DNA of 64,000 bases from Geosiphon pyriformis uo1 (Eukaryota; Fungi; Glomeromycota). Location of the stretch: positions 1 through 64,000 of the forward strand of contig JAAOMT010000305.1 in the NCBI GenBank assembly GCA_016748015.1, read 5' to 3'. Under the pieces are notes generated by a model. The model was given only the letters and a program-made list of their open reading frames with translations. It did no database searches and was not told where the DNA came from. Shown here one piece after another: positions 41,301 through 56,015 of the stretch (its first letter is position 1; each line of letters starts with the position of its first letter). Both the position numbers and the translations under genes were made by a program.

Positions 41301-42270
41301 TGAAAATCAGACTGAGTTAACCAAAAATATGCAAGAAGATAAAGATTATAAGATAATAAATTTTATTATAATGATGGTATTAAAGTAGAATGGTTATTTT
41401 TAATAGACTAGTTCAAAAAATAAACATAATTAAAAAATGCACTTGGCTTATACAATTTTACATTTAATTTGTGTTTTAATTTTATCAAAAATTGTCATAT
41501 TTTGATTGTTTAAATTCAGAATTTTAATAACTTTATACAAAACAAGATTTGAAAACAAATAATTAACTTATTAAATACTTTATTTGAATAAATTCGATTA
41601 TAAATTTTAATATTGAAAATAAATCAATTACCAAAATACCAATACAATCTTAAAATTAACTATTAATAAAAATATAACTATGAAAAAAATCAATTAATTA
41701 TTAATAACTTAGATAACTATTATGTATTTATAAACTTTAAAAAAAACAATATTTATTAAATTGTATTCAGAAAAAAATGTTTGTAAAAAAATCAAACTTT
41801 ATTTAATTTTTAAAAGTGTTTCCAAAAAATTATAAATTTGTAAAAATTTTTGAAAAACTCAAACTCCAAAAATATTGACTGATTAATACTAAATAATATT
41901 AACAAAATATATCAAGTTTTGTGATGTTTTTCAAAAAAAACTCAATTGAAAAGAAATTTTGTATATAATATCATTTGGTTAATTTTTTGATTAAATTAAA
42001 ATTATTTTTAAATCTTTAACAATAATTGTTATAATATAAAATCTTTATTTAATAAACTAAAAGAACTTAAACGAGAAACAAAATTGAAAATAGATTTTAT
42101 TCTCAATAAAAAAGTTATATATATGATAATTAATAAATTATGCAAAAATACGAAATAATAATTATTGTTAATTAAAGAATAAAATTTATTTATAGAAAAT
42201 ATATATATAAATAACTATTAATAATATATTATATAATTAAAAAAGCTTTTAAGATATTGCAATCTATATA

Positions 42271-43034
42271 CAGTCCTCCGAAAAAGTAATAGCAAAGTAT
42301 TTTTTTATTTTTATTTTTTTTATACATAATAATTTCTGTTTAAATTTTAATATTTAATAGATATATAAATAAAGAATATATATGCAAAAAATTAATATTT
42401 ACTATATCTTTCTTTTACATTAATACAATCTTGAATTTGATTTTGAATATTAATAATACAGTTAAAAATGGTCTTATAAGACAGATTATTTTATTTTTTT
42501 TCTACTATTGTAATAAAAATTATTTAAGAAATATTTTTTTGTGTGCTATTTTTGGAATGACTATTTTTTTAATATTTTGATTTTAAGAATAGCCCAAATA
42601 TTCTCAATTAAATTAAAATTTAAACTATATGATGGCCAAAACAAAATATGATTTGGCAATTATATTTTTTGAAGTATGTTTTGGATTGTTATTATGCTGA
42701 AAAATCCAATACTATTGTCTATATATGCTAATTGTATTGTAATATATATTTTTATTGAAAATTTTACAATAAAAATATTAGTCCATATTTTCTGTAAAGA
42801 TACTATTTCAACTTTTTTATATGCATAAATTGCTTCTTACCTATAAAGTTTAAATGGATGTTTTACTATTGATGTAATAAGTTTACCTAAATAAGACCAA
42901 GCCAAGCAAGTATTTCAAAATATTTGTAAAGTTTTTTTATCTAAAAATACTACTTTGCATCAATTATAATTAGAATATTTTTAAACTCATACTAATTAGT
43001 TTTGTTTGGCTTGCTCAGTAAATAAAAGTACACA
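42271..43034 (-). mobile_element. Decayed Tc1/IS630-type transposon (DDE domain and TIR-like end), not visible in the ORF track
   Basis: Minus strand reads TEQAKQN*LV*, *CKVVFLDKKT (~42930-42962), VKHP.KL, FQHNNNPKHTSK (42668-42703), WPSYS..LIENIWAILK (~42582-42637). TA+CAGTCCTCCGAAAAAGTAATAGCA at 42271. Confidence 0.8.
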
Positions 43035-46000
43035 TTTTAGTGAGTAAGCACAATATTAGAAAATTATGACATATTGCTTAACAATATACATATTATCAAT
43101 AAATTATAACACACTGCTTAACAATAAGCTCATTGTCGAAAAATCATGGCATTTTGCTCAGCAATATATACACTGTCAGAAAAATTAAGGCATATTGCTC
43201 AAAAAATATGTGATTTTATATAACAAAAATTTTATATATATAACAAAAATTATATATATATAGCAAGAGTATTAGAAGCAAAAAAAGAGACAAAATTTGT
43301 TAAAGTTTTAAATCTCCAATATTTTTTTTTCAAAAAATAGTTTTTTATAACTTGAAGTGAAATTACATTAATATTAATAAAATATCTACTTATTATTTAA
43401 ATTTATGTTATTATTATTTGATTAAGAATATTAATCAATTTTATTTTATTAACATTTTATGTAATACTAATTTCTTAATTTTTTTTCTTATTTTCTATTA
43501 TTTTTGTTTGTTTTGTTTCTTTGTTGTTTATTAATTGTATAAAAAAATTAAGTACTAAATATTTAATGTTAAAAATAGCCTGGTAAAAAACCCAAAAATA
43601 AGAGTAGAAATTTAAAAATAATTTATCAAAAAGACATAACTGCTAAAATAAACTAGCTATTATGCTAAAGAAAAAAATTCACAGAATACACTTCCAAAAA
43701 GATATAAAACATTAATTGAATCTCTGTTTATTATACAAAAAACTCAATCAAAATCTTTAGAAAGTATTAATATCTACAATTATTAAGTACTAAGTTACAA
43801 ATTTGTTATTTGTTTTAACATTCTAAATGATTATTTGTAATATTTGGTGCTTTCTGTAAAGTATAATTTAGCAAAAAACCAGCATCAACAATAATTATCT
43901 GAAACAGTAACAAAATCAGAAAAAATAGAGACAAACCACTTGAAATTCATTAAAGCTTTATTCCAATACTATTAAATTTATCTTAAATTGACAAATAGTC
44001 ATTGGCCAGCAGAATCAACTTTTAATTTCTACATTAACAAAAAGATTAAATCTTATTTGGGAGACCAAGAAAATCCAGAAGCAGTTCTTAACAAATTTTA
44101 TAATAAATTACTTTAGAACACTATATTTTCACAAAATTATTTGTTTATTCTACTAATTACAGAAATTAACAGAAAAATTGAGAATCACCCTTGATAAAAA
44201 TTTCTTATTAATTTTGCAAACAACAAAAAAAAAAATTACAAACACTAACAAAAACACAAAAGAGAATACAATTGCCTATATAAAAGAAACCAAAAATAGT
44301 TTTATATATTTACCTATTATACTATTATATATCAGAAAGTACTATTTACATACCATTAGAACTCATATTATAATCAATATTGAAAACATTATTACTCAGA
44401 ATATTGTTCCAAAATTAGCAAAAAAAAGCCAGATTATTAGAAACCTATAGCAATTTTTTTAAAAGATTTAAATTACAATTAATAATATTATTAAGACTTT
44501 AATCTCTGTCACCTTAACCAAATTTCGAATTTACCAGTTAGTAGAAAGATATAAATCAGAAAAAAACACAGTAATCAGAAAAATAATAGTCAAAATCCAA
44601 TTTCTAATAACTCAGAAGTTCAAACTTCAATTGTTCTAACTCAGCAAAACCCAAACAATCCAAATTCAGTTTACAAAATTTACCTTCAGTAAATCTGATT
44701 AATCAATTATTAAATACACCAATTACCACTTTATAACAATCACAACAACAACAATAACAACAACAATAACAATAACAACACCTTTTATTAATAATATATA
44801 CACCTATTATTAAACTTGAAAAATTTACTGGCAAAAAAGACAACACTTAAGCATGGCTTAATAATATAACCAAAGCAATTACTGTCAATAATTAGAACAA
44901 TACCAGAGCTCTTTAAGCCATTCTCTATTTTTTATAGAATACTATCAATTTGTAATATCAAAACTTTATTAACAAGCCACAAACTTTTAATGTATTTAAA
45001 ACCACATTTTTATAATATTTTAGCAAAAATAATAACATCAATTGTTTGTTAATTAGTTTCACTACAATAAAACAAGGAGACACAGAAGCAGTCACTATAT
45101 ACTTGGGACATTTTTATTAAAATCTGTATCAGATCTATGTAATTAAAGCTAACTACTTCACAGTACTACAAATCTTGAATCAATTTATTTATAAATTACA
45201 CAGTAGCTTTTTATAATAAGGATATCCAATGTACTTAAATACTATTCAAGACACAATTATCCATGTTAAAAATTTTGAATTGGCTGAGCTTAAAGTCAAC
45301 TATGTTTAAGCTATGAATCTAGTAATAAACAAATTATTTGAATTGGATACCAAATTAAAACAATTTAGTAATTTGATTAATCAAAAGTTAAAAGAATATT
45401 TAGTTAACAATTAGTCAATTTATTAACTTTTACAATATCATAAAAATCAAAAAAATTCCAACTGCTTTCAACAATAATTGTGTTTGTCATTATCATCAAA
45501 TTAACTATAACAACAGAAAACATATAATTGCTACTACTATAATAAACAAGGCCACTTAAAAGCAGATTGTTGTTTAAAAAGAAATAACTAATGATCAAAA
45601 AATCAATATTAAAACTCTGATTACAAGTTTTATACTCCAAACTATGCTAGCACATTATTATTAAAACAATATTTATTATTTTATACACCAATAATGCAAC
45701 AACCAATATATTTATCTCCAATTTATCAAACTTCAACATTGGTAATTTATTAAGCTCTATAATTATAAGTAATCTATTAACTCTAACAAATTCTAACACC
45801 ATCTCAAATTATGGTGCCAACAAAAAACCAAAAACCAAAAATTATCCACACTTAACAAAATTAGAAATCAGCAATAGTTATACATCAACCAATCTCCAGT
45901 TTATCAAACAAACTATTAGAATCATGTCTTAGAAATTCAGAAAATAGATACACCTAAAATCTGAATTCCCAAAACTATTTAAGCCTTTTGACTGTAACAG

Positions 46001-46672
46001 AAAACACTTTATTTAATCATTTAGAAACCAATTCAATAATACTTATCAACAATAGTTCACTAACAACTATTATGAAAAATAAATTACTTGCAGCCATTTT
46101 TTGCCTAAACTTAAAAAAATCAGCTAGAATGTTTCTGTTTAATGAAGCTACTTTTGATGTCAAACCAATTACTATCATATATACTAATGCCAAAGTTGAT
46201 GGCTATTCCATTAAGCTAATCTTTGATAGTAGTTTTGTAGACAGTATTATCACATAACAACTCATAGATCAATTAGGTTGCTGAATTAATCAAGCTGTTA
46301 GTGCTAAAATTATTACTATTAATAAAACAACAAAGACTCCAATTGGTAAAATCAAGAACTTCTCTTTTAAAGTTAACAGTATTGTTATGTTTATTAAGGT
46401 TTTTATTATAGAAATCATGCAGTATCAAGTACTAATTGGTAATGACTGGCTATTTAAGACCAATATTGTGTTCAATTGAACTATTCAAAAGCTACAATTT
46501 AGTCAAAATAGTTAACAAACTCAGATACTAGCTTTTTGTGACTATTTTAAACCAACTATTATATATTTACTAATAAAATTTGAGAAAAAAAAAGAAAAAC
46601 CTATCTGAAAAGCTTATCAAGTTTTATGGGTCAAAAAAAATTACAACAAACTACTACCAATTCTAATCTGAG

Positions 46673-46704
<32 letters not shown>

Positions 46705-46797
46705 ATAATAATTCCAAGTCACTATTTTAATATATATTCTATACAACGTTATATTACCAAAATGATCAAATTATTATTAACCAAAATTAATATACAT
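43030..46797 (+). mobile_element. Ty3/Gypsy copy C, 5' part (LTR, PBS, gag, protease), interrupted by copy B
   Basis: LTR ends GTAATA at 43842, PBS TTTGGTGCTTTCTG; gag ~43905-45980; protease KLIFDSS (~46215-46232); stops at PKLIYI, where the copy B LTR begins. LTR 5' end not identifiable. Confidence 0.88.
43040..43210 (+). promoter_or_regulatory. LTR U3 tandem array (~40-bp unit, core CA(C/T)ATTGCTCAGCAA)
   Basis: Four to five degenerate tandem units upstream of the TATA-like tatatatagca; the same array is at 56075-56210. Confidence 0.65.
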
Positions 46798-47665
46798 TGT
46801 TACAAATGATTATTTGGATAAGTAGAATAAATAACAAATTTGTAACTTAGTGCTCAATTGATATAATGGTGTTGGTTTTTGAAGGTTTTTATATCTAAAA
46901 GTTTTAGTAGTCTTTTGTATAATGAACAGAGATTCAATAGTTGTGTTAGTAGTCTCTCAAAATTGTAATTCCATCAAATTTTTTTCTTAGCATGATAGCT
47001 GGCAATTTTTTGGTAAGTAATCCTTAAATTTAAGTGTCTACCTTTTTACAAGAGTCTTTTACTAGGCAATCCTTAACATCAATAACTCAGTACTTAATTC
47101 TTAATCAATTAGTATACAACAAAACAAAATGAAAAAATAAAATAAAATTAAAACATAAAAAAAATAAGCCAAGGTACTTTAAAGATTAATATTCTATTAA
47201 TAGCCATAATTAAGAACTATTGGTCTAGTATAATTAAGTATTAACATAAGTTGTTAATAAGGAAAAGATAGATTGTAATCGTAACAAATATTTTATTGAT
47301 ATTTGATGTTTTTACTTTAAGTTATAAAATACTATTATATTAAGAAATGGGTATGAGATTGAAACTAAAGATTCTAAACTAAGAACTCTTTTTTTTTGTT
47401 TCTAATACTACCACTATATATACATAAATTTCATTGTTTAAAATTCCTTGAATTCCTCTATTCTCTAACCAGGAATCCTGAAATCTTGTAATTTCTTAAG
47501 AAAAATTCTGGAATTCTTGAATTCTACAATTTCTCATACAAGAATTCTGTAATTCTGGAATTTTGCAATTCCTGAAAAGAATCTTAAAATTCCACTTTTA
47601 CTATGTCTTATTCTGATTGACTAATTTATGTATTAATATATAATTCCTATATTCTATAAGTAATA
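46798..47665 (-). repeat. 3' LTR of Gypsy copy B
   Basis: TGTTAC at 46798, GTAATA at 47665, preceded on the minus strand by the purine tract AAAAAGAAGAAATAA; matches 55793-56015 and 28335-29191. Confidence 0.92.
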
Positions 47666-50600
47666 TTATTTCTTCTTTTTAATATTAAGCTTTGTCAAGA
47701 TTTCTTATATCTTCTAACTTTCTATCTTTGATTAATTTTTGAATTTTTTTTTTGAAAATTACTTGGATTATTTTAATCTGTAATTTTTTAAATTAAATAT
47801 TAATTATTTTACCCAATTAGTTGACAATAATAATATTTATTACTAGATTAAGTAGTATTGCTAATTGATCTTGAAATCTTGTGTATAGTTAATATATAAT
47901 TCATGTCTATGTAAACAGATTGTTTTTTTTCACAAATTGTTTAAGTTGTTGTAGTATTGTTGTATTAAATAACTATTTTGTTTTATTTGTATATAAATTT
48001 TAAATGTCTAGGTTTTGTCCTAAGTAATAATAATAAAAGTTTTTTGGAAATTATTGTATCCACCAATTCCATGTTTTTTTTGTCAATTTTTAGTAAAATA
48101 CAACTGTTTTTGGTATTTCTATTAATAATTTTACTTTTGTTATTATCTTGTCTATAGTGTTTTTTAATTTTTTGTGCACTTTATATTGGGTTTTCTTTTT
48201 ATTATCTTTGTATTAAATAATTTATTAATTAATTGTGATTTTCAGGTTTATTTGTTGAATCAGTTAGAATAGTTGTTGTATAAGTAAATGGATATTATCA
48301 GTAATTTCTATCTTTTATTATTGCTTTTGGTCACATATATTGTGTTTTTATATATTATTCTGGTTGATCAATTTGATGTGTTTGTATTGATAATTATAAT
48401 TGGTTTTGGATCTTATAAAATCTCATTTGGTTGGATTAATACTTATTGTACTCTCAACTGTAGATATTACTAATAGATAATAATACTGTCTTGTAATATG
48501 GTTTCAATCAATCTTTATGTGCTGCTTTAGCTAAAATTTTGTTGTTCTATCTTAATTTATAAGCTTTATTTCCTAGAATTTTTTCTATGTAAAATAGTCT
48601 GTTCCATTTGGGATCAAGTTTTCTACTTTATTGTTTTTCTGCTTTGGTATAATATAAGAGTACTTTGTCTTCAATCCTGAATTCAACTGGTTTATCTGAT
48701 AACTGGTTATCATGTTGTTTTTTTGGTTTTTTTTGTAACTTTTAAATGTTATTAGCTGCTCTTTATCTTTTGTTTTCTAGAGTTTTTATTAGTTTATATG
48801 TTTTTTTTAGCAATGTTTTTTGTAAATTGGCTTTTGTTATTGGTTTTGTTGGATATGTGTTAATATCTATCTCAACTGATAATATTGCTGTTTTACTATA
48901 AACAAGTTTAAATAGTATTGTTTGTATGGTATCTTATTTCATTGTCTGATAAGCAGATAATACTAATAATATAAACAAATCTTATTTATTCTGGTTATTT
49001 TGACTGATTTTGGTAATTGTTTTACACAATGTTTATTGAACTTTTCTACTAAACTGTTTGTTTATGAATTATATAATAATAATAATGGTCTTTAGATTCT
49101 AAATCTTTGGCTTAATTCTGTTAATGTTTTGTTTACAAAGTGAATTCTTTGATTTAATAACAATTTTTTTGGACATCTGTGTTAACAAATCAAATTTTGG
49201 TAAACAAATTTGGTTATAGATTCTGCATTTGCTCTTTGAATTGCTTTTGCCTCTGGTTATTTTATAAGATAGTCTATAACTACTACTATATAACAATTGT
49301 CTTTGCTAATTATTGTTAATGATTTGACTAAGTTAATTCTAATTCTATCAAATAGTTGTCTCACTTTAAGTGGTTTTAATAATTTACTGGGTCTTGTTTC
49401 TCCACTTTTCTGACAAGCATCATAATTTTGAACATATTAGATGATATTTGAATATATTCATGGCCAATAATATCTTTTTTTGATTCTTTCTATGGTTGTT
49501 TTTTTATGAAAATGTTCTACTGTTAAATTTGAGCACATGTTGTATAGTATTGTTTTTTTTTTTGGTTTTGTAATTATTCTGAATAGTTAATCTGTATTCT
49601 TTCTGTTTTTTTAATATAATATATTTTGGTAAATGATAAAATATTTTAATTGTTGTTTTATGTTGTTTCATTCTTTTTGAAATAATTTTTTCTTAAACTG
49701 TTGAGTATTAATATAGTGTTAAAGTTGTTAATATTTTTGTGTGTCTATTTTTTTGTTATATTTTTGGGTTAAAATGTTCTTAAATTTGTTTTATTTATAA
49801 CAAACTGTTAGCATTTCCATTTTCTTTTCCCTTTTTATAATGTACTGTATATTTAAATAATAAAAGTTCTATTTTTCATTTGACATAACAGTTATTTTCA
49901 AATTCTTGCTTTTGGATTAATGTTAATTCTTTGTGATCAGTGTATATTTCAAATTTCTGGCTTAAATATTTTTTTCATTTCATGACTGCTTAATAGATTG
50001 TTAAGTGTTTTAGTGCTGGTATTCTATAATTTTTTTCAACTGAACTTAAACTTTGGCTAGTGTATACTACTAAATATTCTTATCTATTTTGTTCTTTCTG
50101 AAATAATACTGCTCTTAATGCTTGACCTGATGTATTAATAGTGATAATGAATGGTTTGTTGTAATCTAAATAGATTAGTACTAATGCTTAAATAAGCTTT
50201 CTTTTCAATATATCAAAAGCTTCTTGTTGGGTTTCAGTTTATTTATATTTCATGTTTTTTGCTTGGAGTTGATGGAGTAGTTGAGCCAGTTTGAAAAAGC
50301 TTTAAATAAAGCAGCAGTAGTATTCAGCAAATCTCAAAAATGCTTTTAATTCTGGAAGATTTGTTGATACTGAAAAATTCTTGACAATTTCTATTTTGTC
50401 TAAATCCATCTTGATGTTATTTTTGCTTATAACATGTCCCAAAAATTTCAGTTCTGTTTTGCCAAAAAAGCACTTGATAGTATTTAGTTTTAGCTTTACT
50501 CATTTCAATCTCTCAAACACTTGCTATAGATGATGTAAATGATCATTAAATGTTTTTGAAAATATATTGATATTATCTAAATAAACAACTACTGATTTCT

Positions 50601-53600
50601 ATAGTAGTCTAGTATAAACAATTTTTATGAGCTGTTAAAACATGGCTGGTATATTGGTTAAGCCAAATAACATAACATTAAATTCAAAATTTCACTCTCT
50701 GATAGTAAATGTAGTTTTCTCTTTGTTAACTGGATTTATGATTACTTGTCAGTAACTATTATCTAAGTCTAGTGTTGAGAGCTATTTCTTCTTTTCAAAA
50801 GCATCAAATAATTTTTGAATCTGGGAGTTGGATAATTGTCTTCACAAGTAACACTGTTGAATTTTCTGTAATTTACACAAAAGTGAATTTTTCTATTTTT
50901 TTTATAGACTAATACTACTGGTAATAATTATGAACTCATTGATGATTAAATTAATGCATTGTCTAACATCTGGATGATTTTTTGTCAGATAATTTTATGG
51001 CTTGTTGATAATACTTTGTATGCTCTTTGTTTAATTGGCATTGTATTTCAAGTTTTGATCTGGTGCTAGATAATGTCAGTTCTACCAAATTCATTTTTAC
51101 TTGTAAAAATATTAGTGAAATTGTTAAGTAATATTTTGAGTTGTATTCATTAAAGTGAGTTTAAATTTTCTAAGTTCATTTGTTCTAATTAATCTGGTTG
51201 GAGCAAATAACATTCTTTTTATTTGTATATAGTTTGTAATATAATATTCACATATTCACACAGTTGTGGAAAATCTGGAATGGTATTTGGTAGTTAGTTT
51301 TCAACTTTAATGCTTAAATATCTAATGGTTGTTTTACTTGGTATTTTAATAATGTTTTTTATTATATTATAGATAAAGATTTTGATGTGTTTATTATTTT
51401 TAGCTGATATATAAAAATTGGTGACAACAATCTCTCCTAATTTACAAATAGTTGGTTTTATTTTAAAAATCTGGGGCTGATCTCTTATTTTTTTTTCTAT
51501 AATTATTAAATACTGGTTATATAGTAAAATAGAAATTGATTGACTGGTAGAAATAATTTTTCTCTTGTCAATGACTTTTTTCTCTATCATATTAACTGGT
51601 ATATTTATTTTATTTATTGATCTAAATCTATTTTTTTCTCTTGTTGTAATCTCTAACTCTTTTCTTGTTTTTACTAACACTAACTAAGCTATTTTCACCA
51701 GAGATAAAAATAATGCCTGTGCTATCTTTTTATTTAGTTCAATAATATATGGTTTTTCTAAATTATTTTGTAGTATCGCAATAATATTTTCTATATATTC
51801 TGCATTAATTATTTTTCTTCTAATATTGATTCTCTTTTTTGATAAACTAGATCTAAATGTTAATTAAACTATGATTGTTACTAGAATTTCCAGTGCTAAT
51901 TTCAGATTTATATAAGTGTATAAATAGGATTTTAATTTGATGACATCTTTTTCTGGATATCTCAAATCAAATTTTGCATTGGTATTATGTGCTTTTTCTG
52001 GTATAATACTTTCATTGTTATCACTAAACTATTTTAGTTCTTGCTCCATCAACAGATTTAAGAGCATAATATATTGTTTGGAGTTATAATCGGAGTTTGA
52101 ATCATTATTATTATTCCTATTATAAATAAAGTTGGAACTATTATTGTTATTATCATCAAAGTCTGAATTAAAATTAAGTTTTAATTTCAATTTTACTGCA
52201 CATTTACTGATTAGTTCTTTTTCTTTAGGAATCAAATAGATTATGTATAATAATAGATTGTAGATAAGATCACAATTATTACAATATTGAAAGTTACATA
52301 ATATTAAACAATAGTTACATAGTTAGGTGTTTAGCTTTTCTAACCATTGCTTCTGCTCTTCTTTAGTGAATGTTAATTCTTGATAGTGTTCATAGAATTG
52401 TTCTGAATTTATAATGTCAAAGATAGTATTAAAGTTTGGGACCTAATTGATCTTTTCTGGTTTTAGTGGATTGTTTTTAATAATTTTAATTTCTTCTTGA
52501 GTCATGTTTTTGATTTTGGTGATTGTTATTCTTTAGATTTCATCATCATTATGTGAACAACTGTCCAAATATTTTACAGTTCTTCTTTAAGTAGTGTTTA
52601 TTAGTGTTTCTTTTTTTACTTAATTATTAATTAAAATTGTGTACTGATATGATTTATTATATGTTCTTCTATGACCAAAAATATTGGTTCACATTTTTTT
52701 ATCTAGGAAAGTTATTTCACAAACAAAGCATGAATTGTCAATTTCTTTGTTTTTTTGGTCATCTAAAGTACTTAAAAATACATAGATGACAAAAATATTT
52801 TGTTGCTGTTGGCCATTTTTTATTATTGTTATAACATGCATCTATTGTTAACAATTTCTTGTTACAATTAATACAAATTAGCTTAAGTTGATGATAATTT
52901 GGCTAATATTGAAAGATATTAGTGTATAGTATATATGTAGAGATGTTTCCTTGGAATTTTTTTTTTCCCTTTCTTTTCTTTTTCTCTTTTCTTCTTATGT
53001 AGGTACTAGTAGTAATTTGTTGTGTTCTTTTTTAGTTCAAAATACCTAATATGTTTCCCAAGTAGGTTTTTTTTCTTCTCTCTCAAACTTAATTAGTGGC
53101 TGTTTGTTGGTGGTAGTCTTGAAATAACCACAAATGGCTGGTACTTAAATGTTTTGATATTCTAGTTGAGCATGGCATTGGTTTTGAACAGCCAGTTATT
53201 ACCAACTAATGTTTAGTACTGGGTGGCTTCTATAACAAGAATTTTTATGGGTATAGTAATGCCATTGACTTCAAAAGAAAAGTTATCATTCTTATTAATA
53301 AGCAGTTTTGTTGTTTTATCAGCAGTAATAATTCTGGTGTTGGCAGTGTAATTAATTCAGCAACCTAATTGGTTTATGAGTTGTCAGGTAATAATGCTGC
53401 CTATTAATCCACTATTAAAGATCAGTTTGATGGATTAACTATCAACTTTGGCATCAGTATATATTGTGATAATAAATTTTGTATCAAGAACAGCTCTATT
53501 AAATAATAATGTTAAGATTGACTCTTCTAATTCAAAAAAAAAATAGTGACAAGCAATTCATTTTCTGTGCTGGCAGTAAATAGAATATTGTTAGTAAATA

Positions 53601-56015
53601 TTGTTTGATTGGCTTTTGGATTGTTTGTTTGGCTGTTTTCTGAATTGACAAGTAGATTTAAATAGTGTTAAGTGTTTATGTTTTGGGCATAATTAGTTTT
53701 TGTATTTTGCTGTTATAATTCAGATTGTTGAATTGCTAAACTGGAGATTAGTTAATGCATTACTATTACCAATCTTTAATTCTGATGAGTTTAAGTCATT
53801 CTTGGTCTTTGGCTTCTATTTTGAAGTAAGTTTTAGGGCTGAGTTTGAATTGGTTGCAATTGGTATATGACTTGTGATTACAGCTAATAAATGGTTTATG
53901 GCTGCTGCTGATAGATAACTGGTGCTGGAGTTTGATATATTGGAGGTAAGTATATTTGTTGCATTATTAGTGGATAATAAAATTAATATGGTTTTTGATT
54001 CTGGATATAATTCGGAGTTTGGGACCAACAATCAGAGTTTTGATATTAATTGTCTGATTATTAATTATTTGAACTTAATAAGCAACTTATTTATAAGTGT
54101 TTTTGTTTACTATAATAATGGCAAATACATGTTTTTTGTGGCCATTGTTGGTTTGATAACAATAAATGTAACTAATTCTGGATTTGATTAGAACTTTTTG
54201 GATTTGTATGCTGTTGTGACAGTTAATAAATAATCTAATTATTGTTAGCTAAGTATTTTTCTAATTTTTAATTAATAAATTTAGTAAATTGTTTCAGTTT
54301 TAAATCCAAGTCAGATTACTAGATTAATGGCTTGGACATAGTTAGCTTTTAGTTCAGTTGATTCAAAATTTCTGGTGTGATTGACTGCAACTTGAAGTGT
54401 ATTTGGGTGTATTAGATATACTTGTTGCAATAAACTGCTATATAAGTCTTAGATAAATTGATTCAATATCTGTGGTGCTGTAAAATAGTTAGTTTTAATT
54501 GTCTGAATTTGTTGCAGATTTTTATAGAAATATTTTAAATAAATGGTAACTGCTTTAATATCTCCTTGTTTGATTGTGGTAAAGCTAGTGACTAGGTAAT
54601 TGATTCTGTTATAATTGCTAAAATATTGTAGGAACACAACTTTAAATGTATTAAAATTTTGTGGTTTGTTTACAAGATTTTGATATTATGAATTGGCTGT
54701 ATCTTGAAGAAAATATAGAATTGTCTAAAGGATTCTAGCATTGTTCCAGTTATTAGCTACAATTGCTTTAGTAATATTGTTTAATTATGCTTGGATATCA
54801 TTCTCTTTGTTGATAAATTTTTTGATTTTGGCAATTGGTCTATAGACTATTTGTTGTAGTGATTACTAAAATTGTAGTGGTTATTAGTAAGCAATTATTG
54901 ATGCAATAAGTGATAGATTTATTACAATTATTGAAGATAAGTTTTGAGAAACAATAAAAGCTAGGTTTAAATTTTTTGGGTTTTGCTGATTTTGAACAAT
55001 CAGAGTTTGAATTTTCAGATTTTCTGAGATCAGGTTTTGATTATTAACTTCTTGATCACTATCTTCCTCTTTTTCAGATTTGGTTATTTCCCAAGAACTA
55101 GTAGTTCTGAAATCTGGTTGTGGTAAGAGTGATCAATATTTTGATGACATTACTGATTGTAAATTAAATTCTTCAAAATATTTGCCATAAGTTCTTAATA
55201 ATTTAGCTTTTTTTTGTTTATTTTGAAATAAGATTTTGGCTAATGGTATTTTTGTGTTTAATGTAGATGTACCTGCTGCTGTAATGTTGATTGTACTTCT
55301 TGGTATGTGGTGATATTATGGATTAATTGGTGATTCAACTCTTGGTTTCTTCTAAGTAGATAGTTGTATCAGTTTTGGTGTTTCTGCTGATGTTTGTAAT
55401 CTTCCTTTTTCTTTGTCTGTGAAGATGATAGAAAATTTCTGTTTAGTGTATTTTTCAATTTCTCTGTTTATTTCTGTAATTAGTGGTGCAAATAATTAAT
55501 TTTATGACAGTATGATGCTTTGGAGTAGTTTATTAAAAAAATGTTGAACACAGATTCTGGATCTCTTTAATCTTCCAAATAATATACAATTCTTTTGTTA
55601 ATGTAACAATTAAAAGCTAATTCTGCTGGCCAATTATTATTTGTCAATTCAAGATAAAGATAATAATATTAAAATAAGGTTTTAGCAAATTTCAAGTGGT
55701 TTGTTTCTATTACTTTTAATTTTGTTACTGTTTCTGATAGTTGTTGTTAATATTAGTTTTCTGTTGAATTATATCTTATAGAGAGTACCAAATATTACAG
55801 ATAATTATTTGGATAGGTAAAATAAATAACAAACTCATAATTTGGTGCTTAATTAATATAATAGTATTAGTTTTTAAAGGTTTTTGTATCTAAAGATTTT
55901 TATATTTGAAGGTTTTATTAGAGTTTTTTGTATAATAAACAAAGATTCAATAGTTGTGTTAGTAGTTTCCTGAAATTGAAATTTTATCAAATTTCTTTTT
56001 CAATATGATAGCCAA
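46798..56015 (-). mobile_element. Ty3/Gypsy copy B, full internal region, 5' LTR interrupted by copy D
   Basis: U5 part of the 5' LTR at 55793-56015, PBS ~55778-55791, gag ~55730-53700, protease ~53480-53120, Cys-rich domain, dUTPase ~52010-51610, RT YLDN 50572-50583, RNase H, integrase ~49560-48500, PPT 47666-47680, 3' LTR. Confidence 0.93.

Noticed and set aside
41300-42260. Possible Sel1-repeat gene relic (YNDGIKVE, NALGLY)
   Set aside because: Only two short motifs in very decayed DNA; not supportable.
42271-42563. Separate ~290-bp MITE (imperfect inverse of the TIR at 42544-42563)
   Set aside because: The match is gapped and lacks a right TA; cannot be separated from the Tc1 3' end.
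43040-43210. Regularly spaced ~40-bp repeats as a CRISPR array
   Set aside because: Whole units are degenerate tandem copies with no unique spacers, they lie in an LTR U3, and there are no cas genes.
46673-46702. 30-nt poly-A as a retroposon tail
   Set aside because: Occupies the position of the purine-rich KGKEK linker seen in copies A, B and D; better explained by G->A decay plus slippage.
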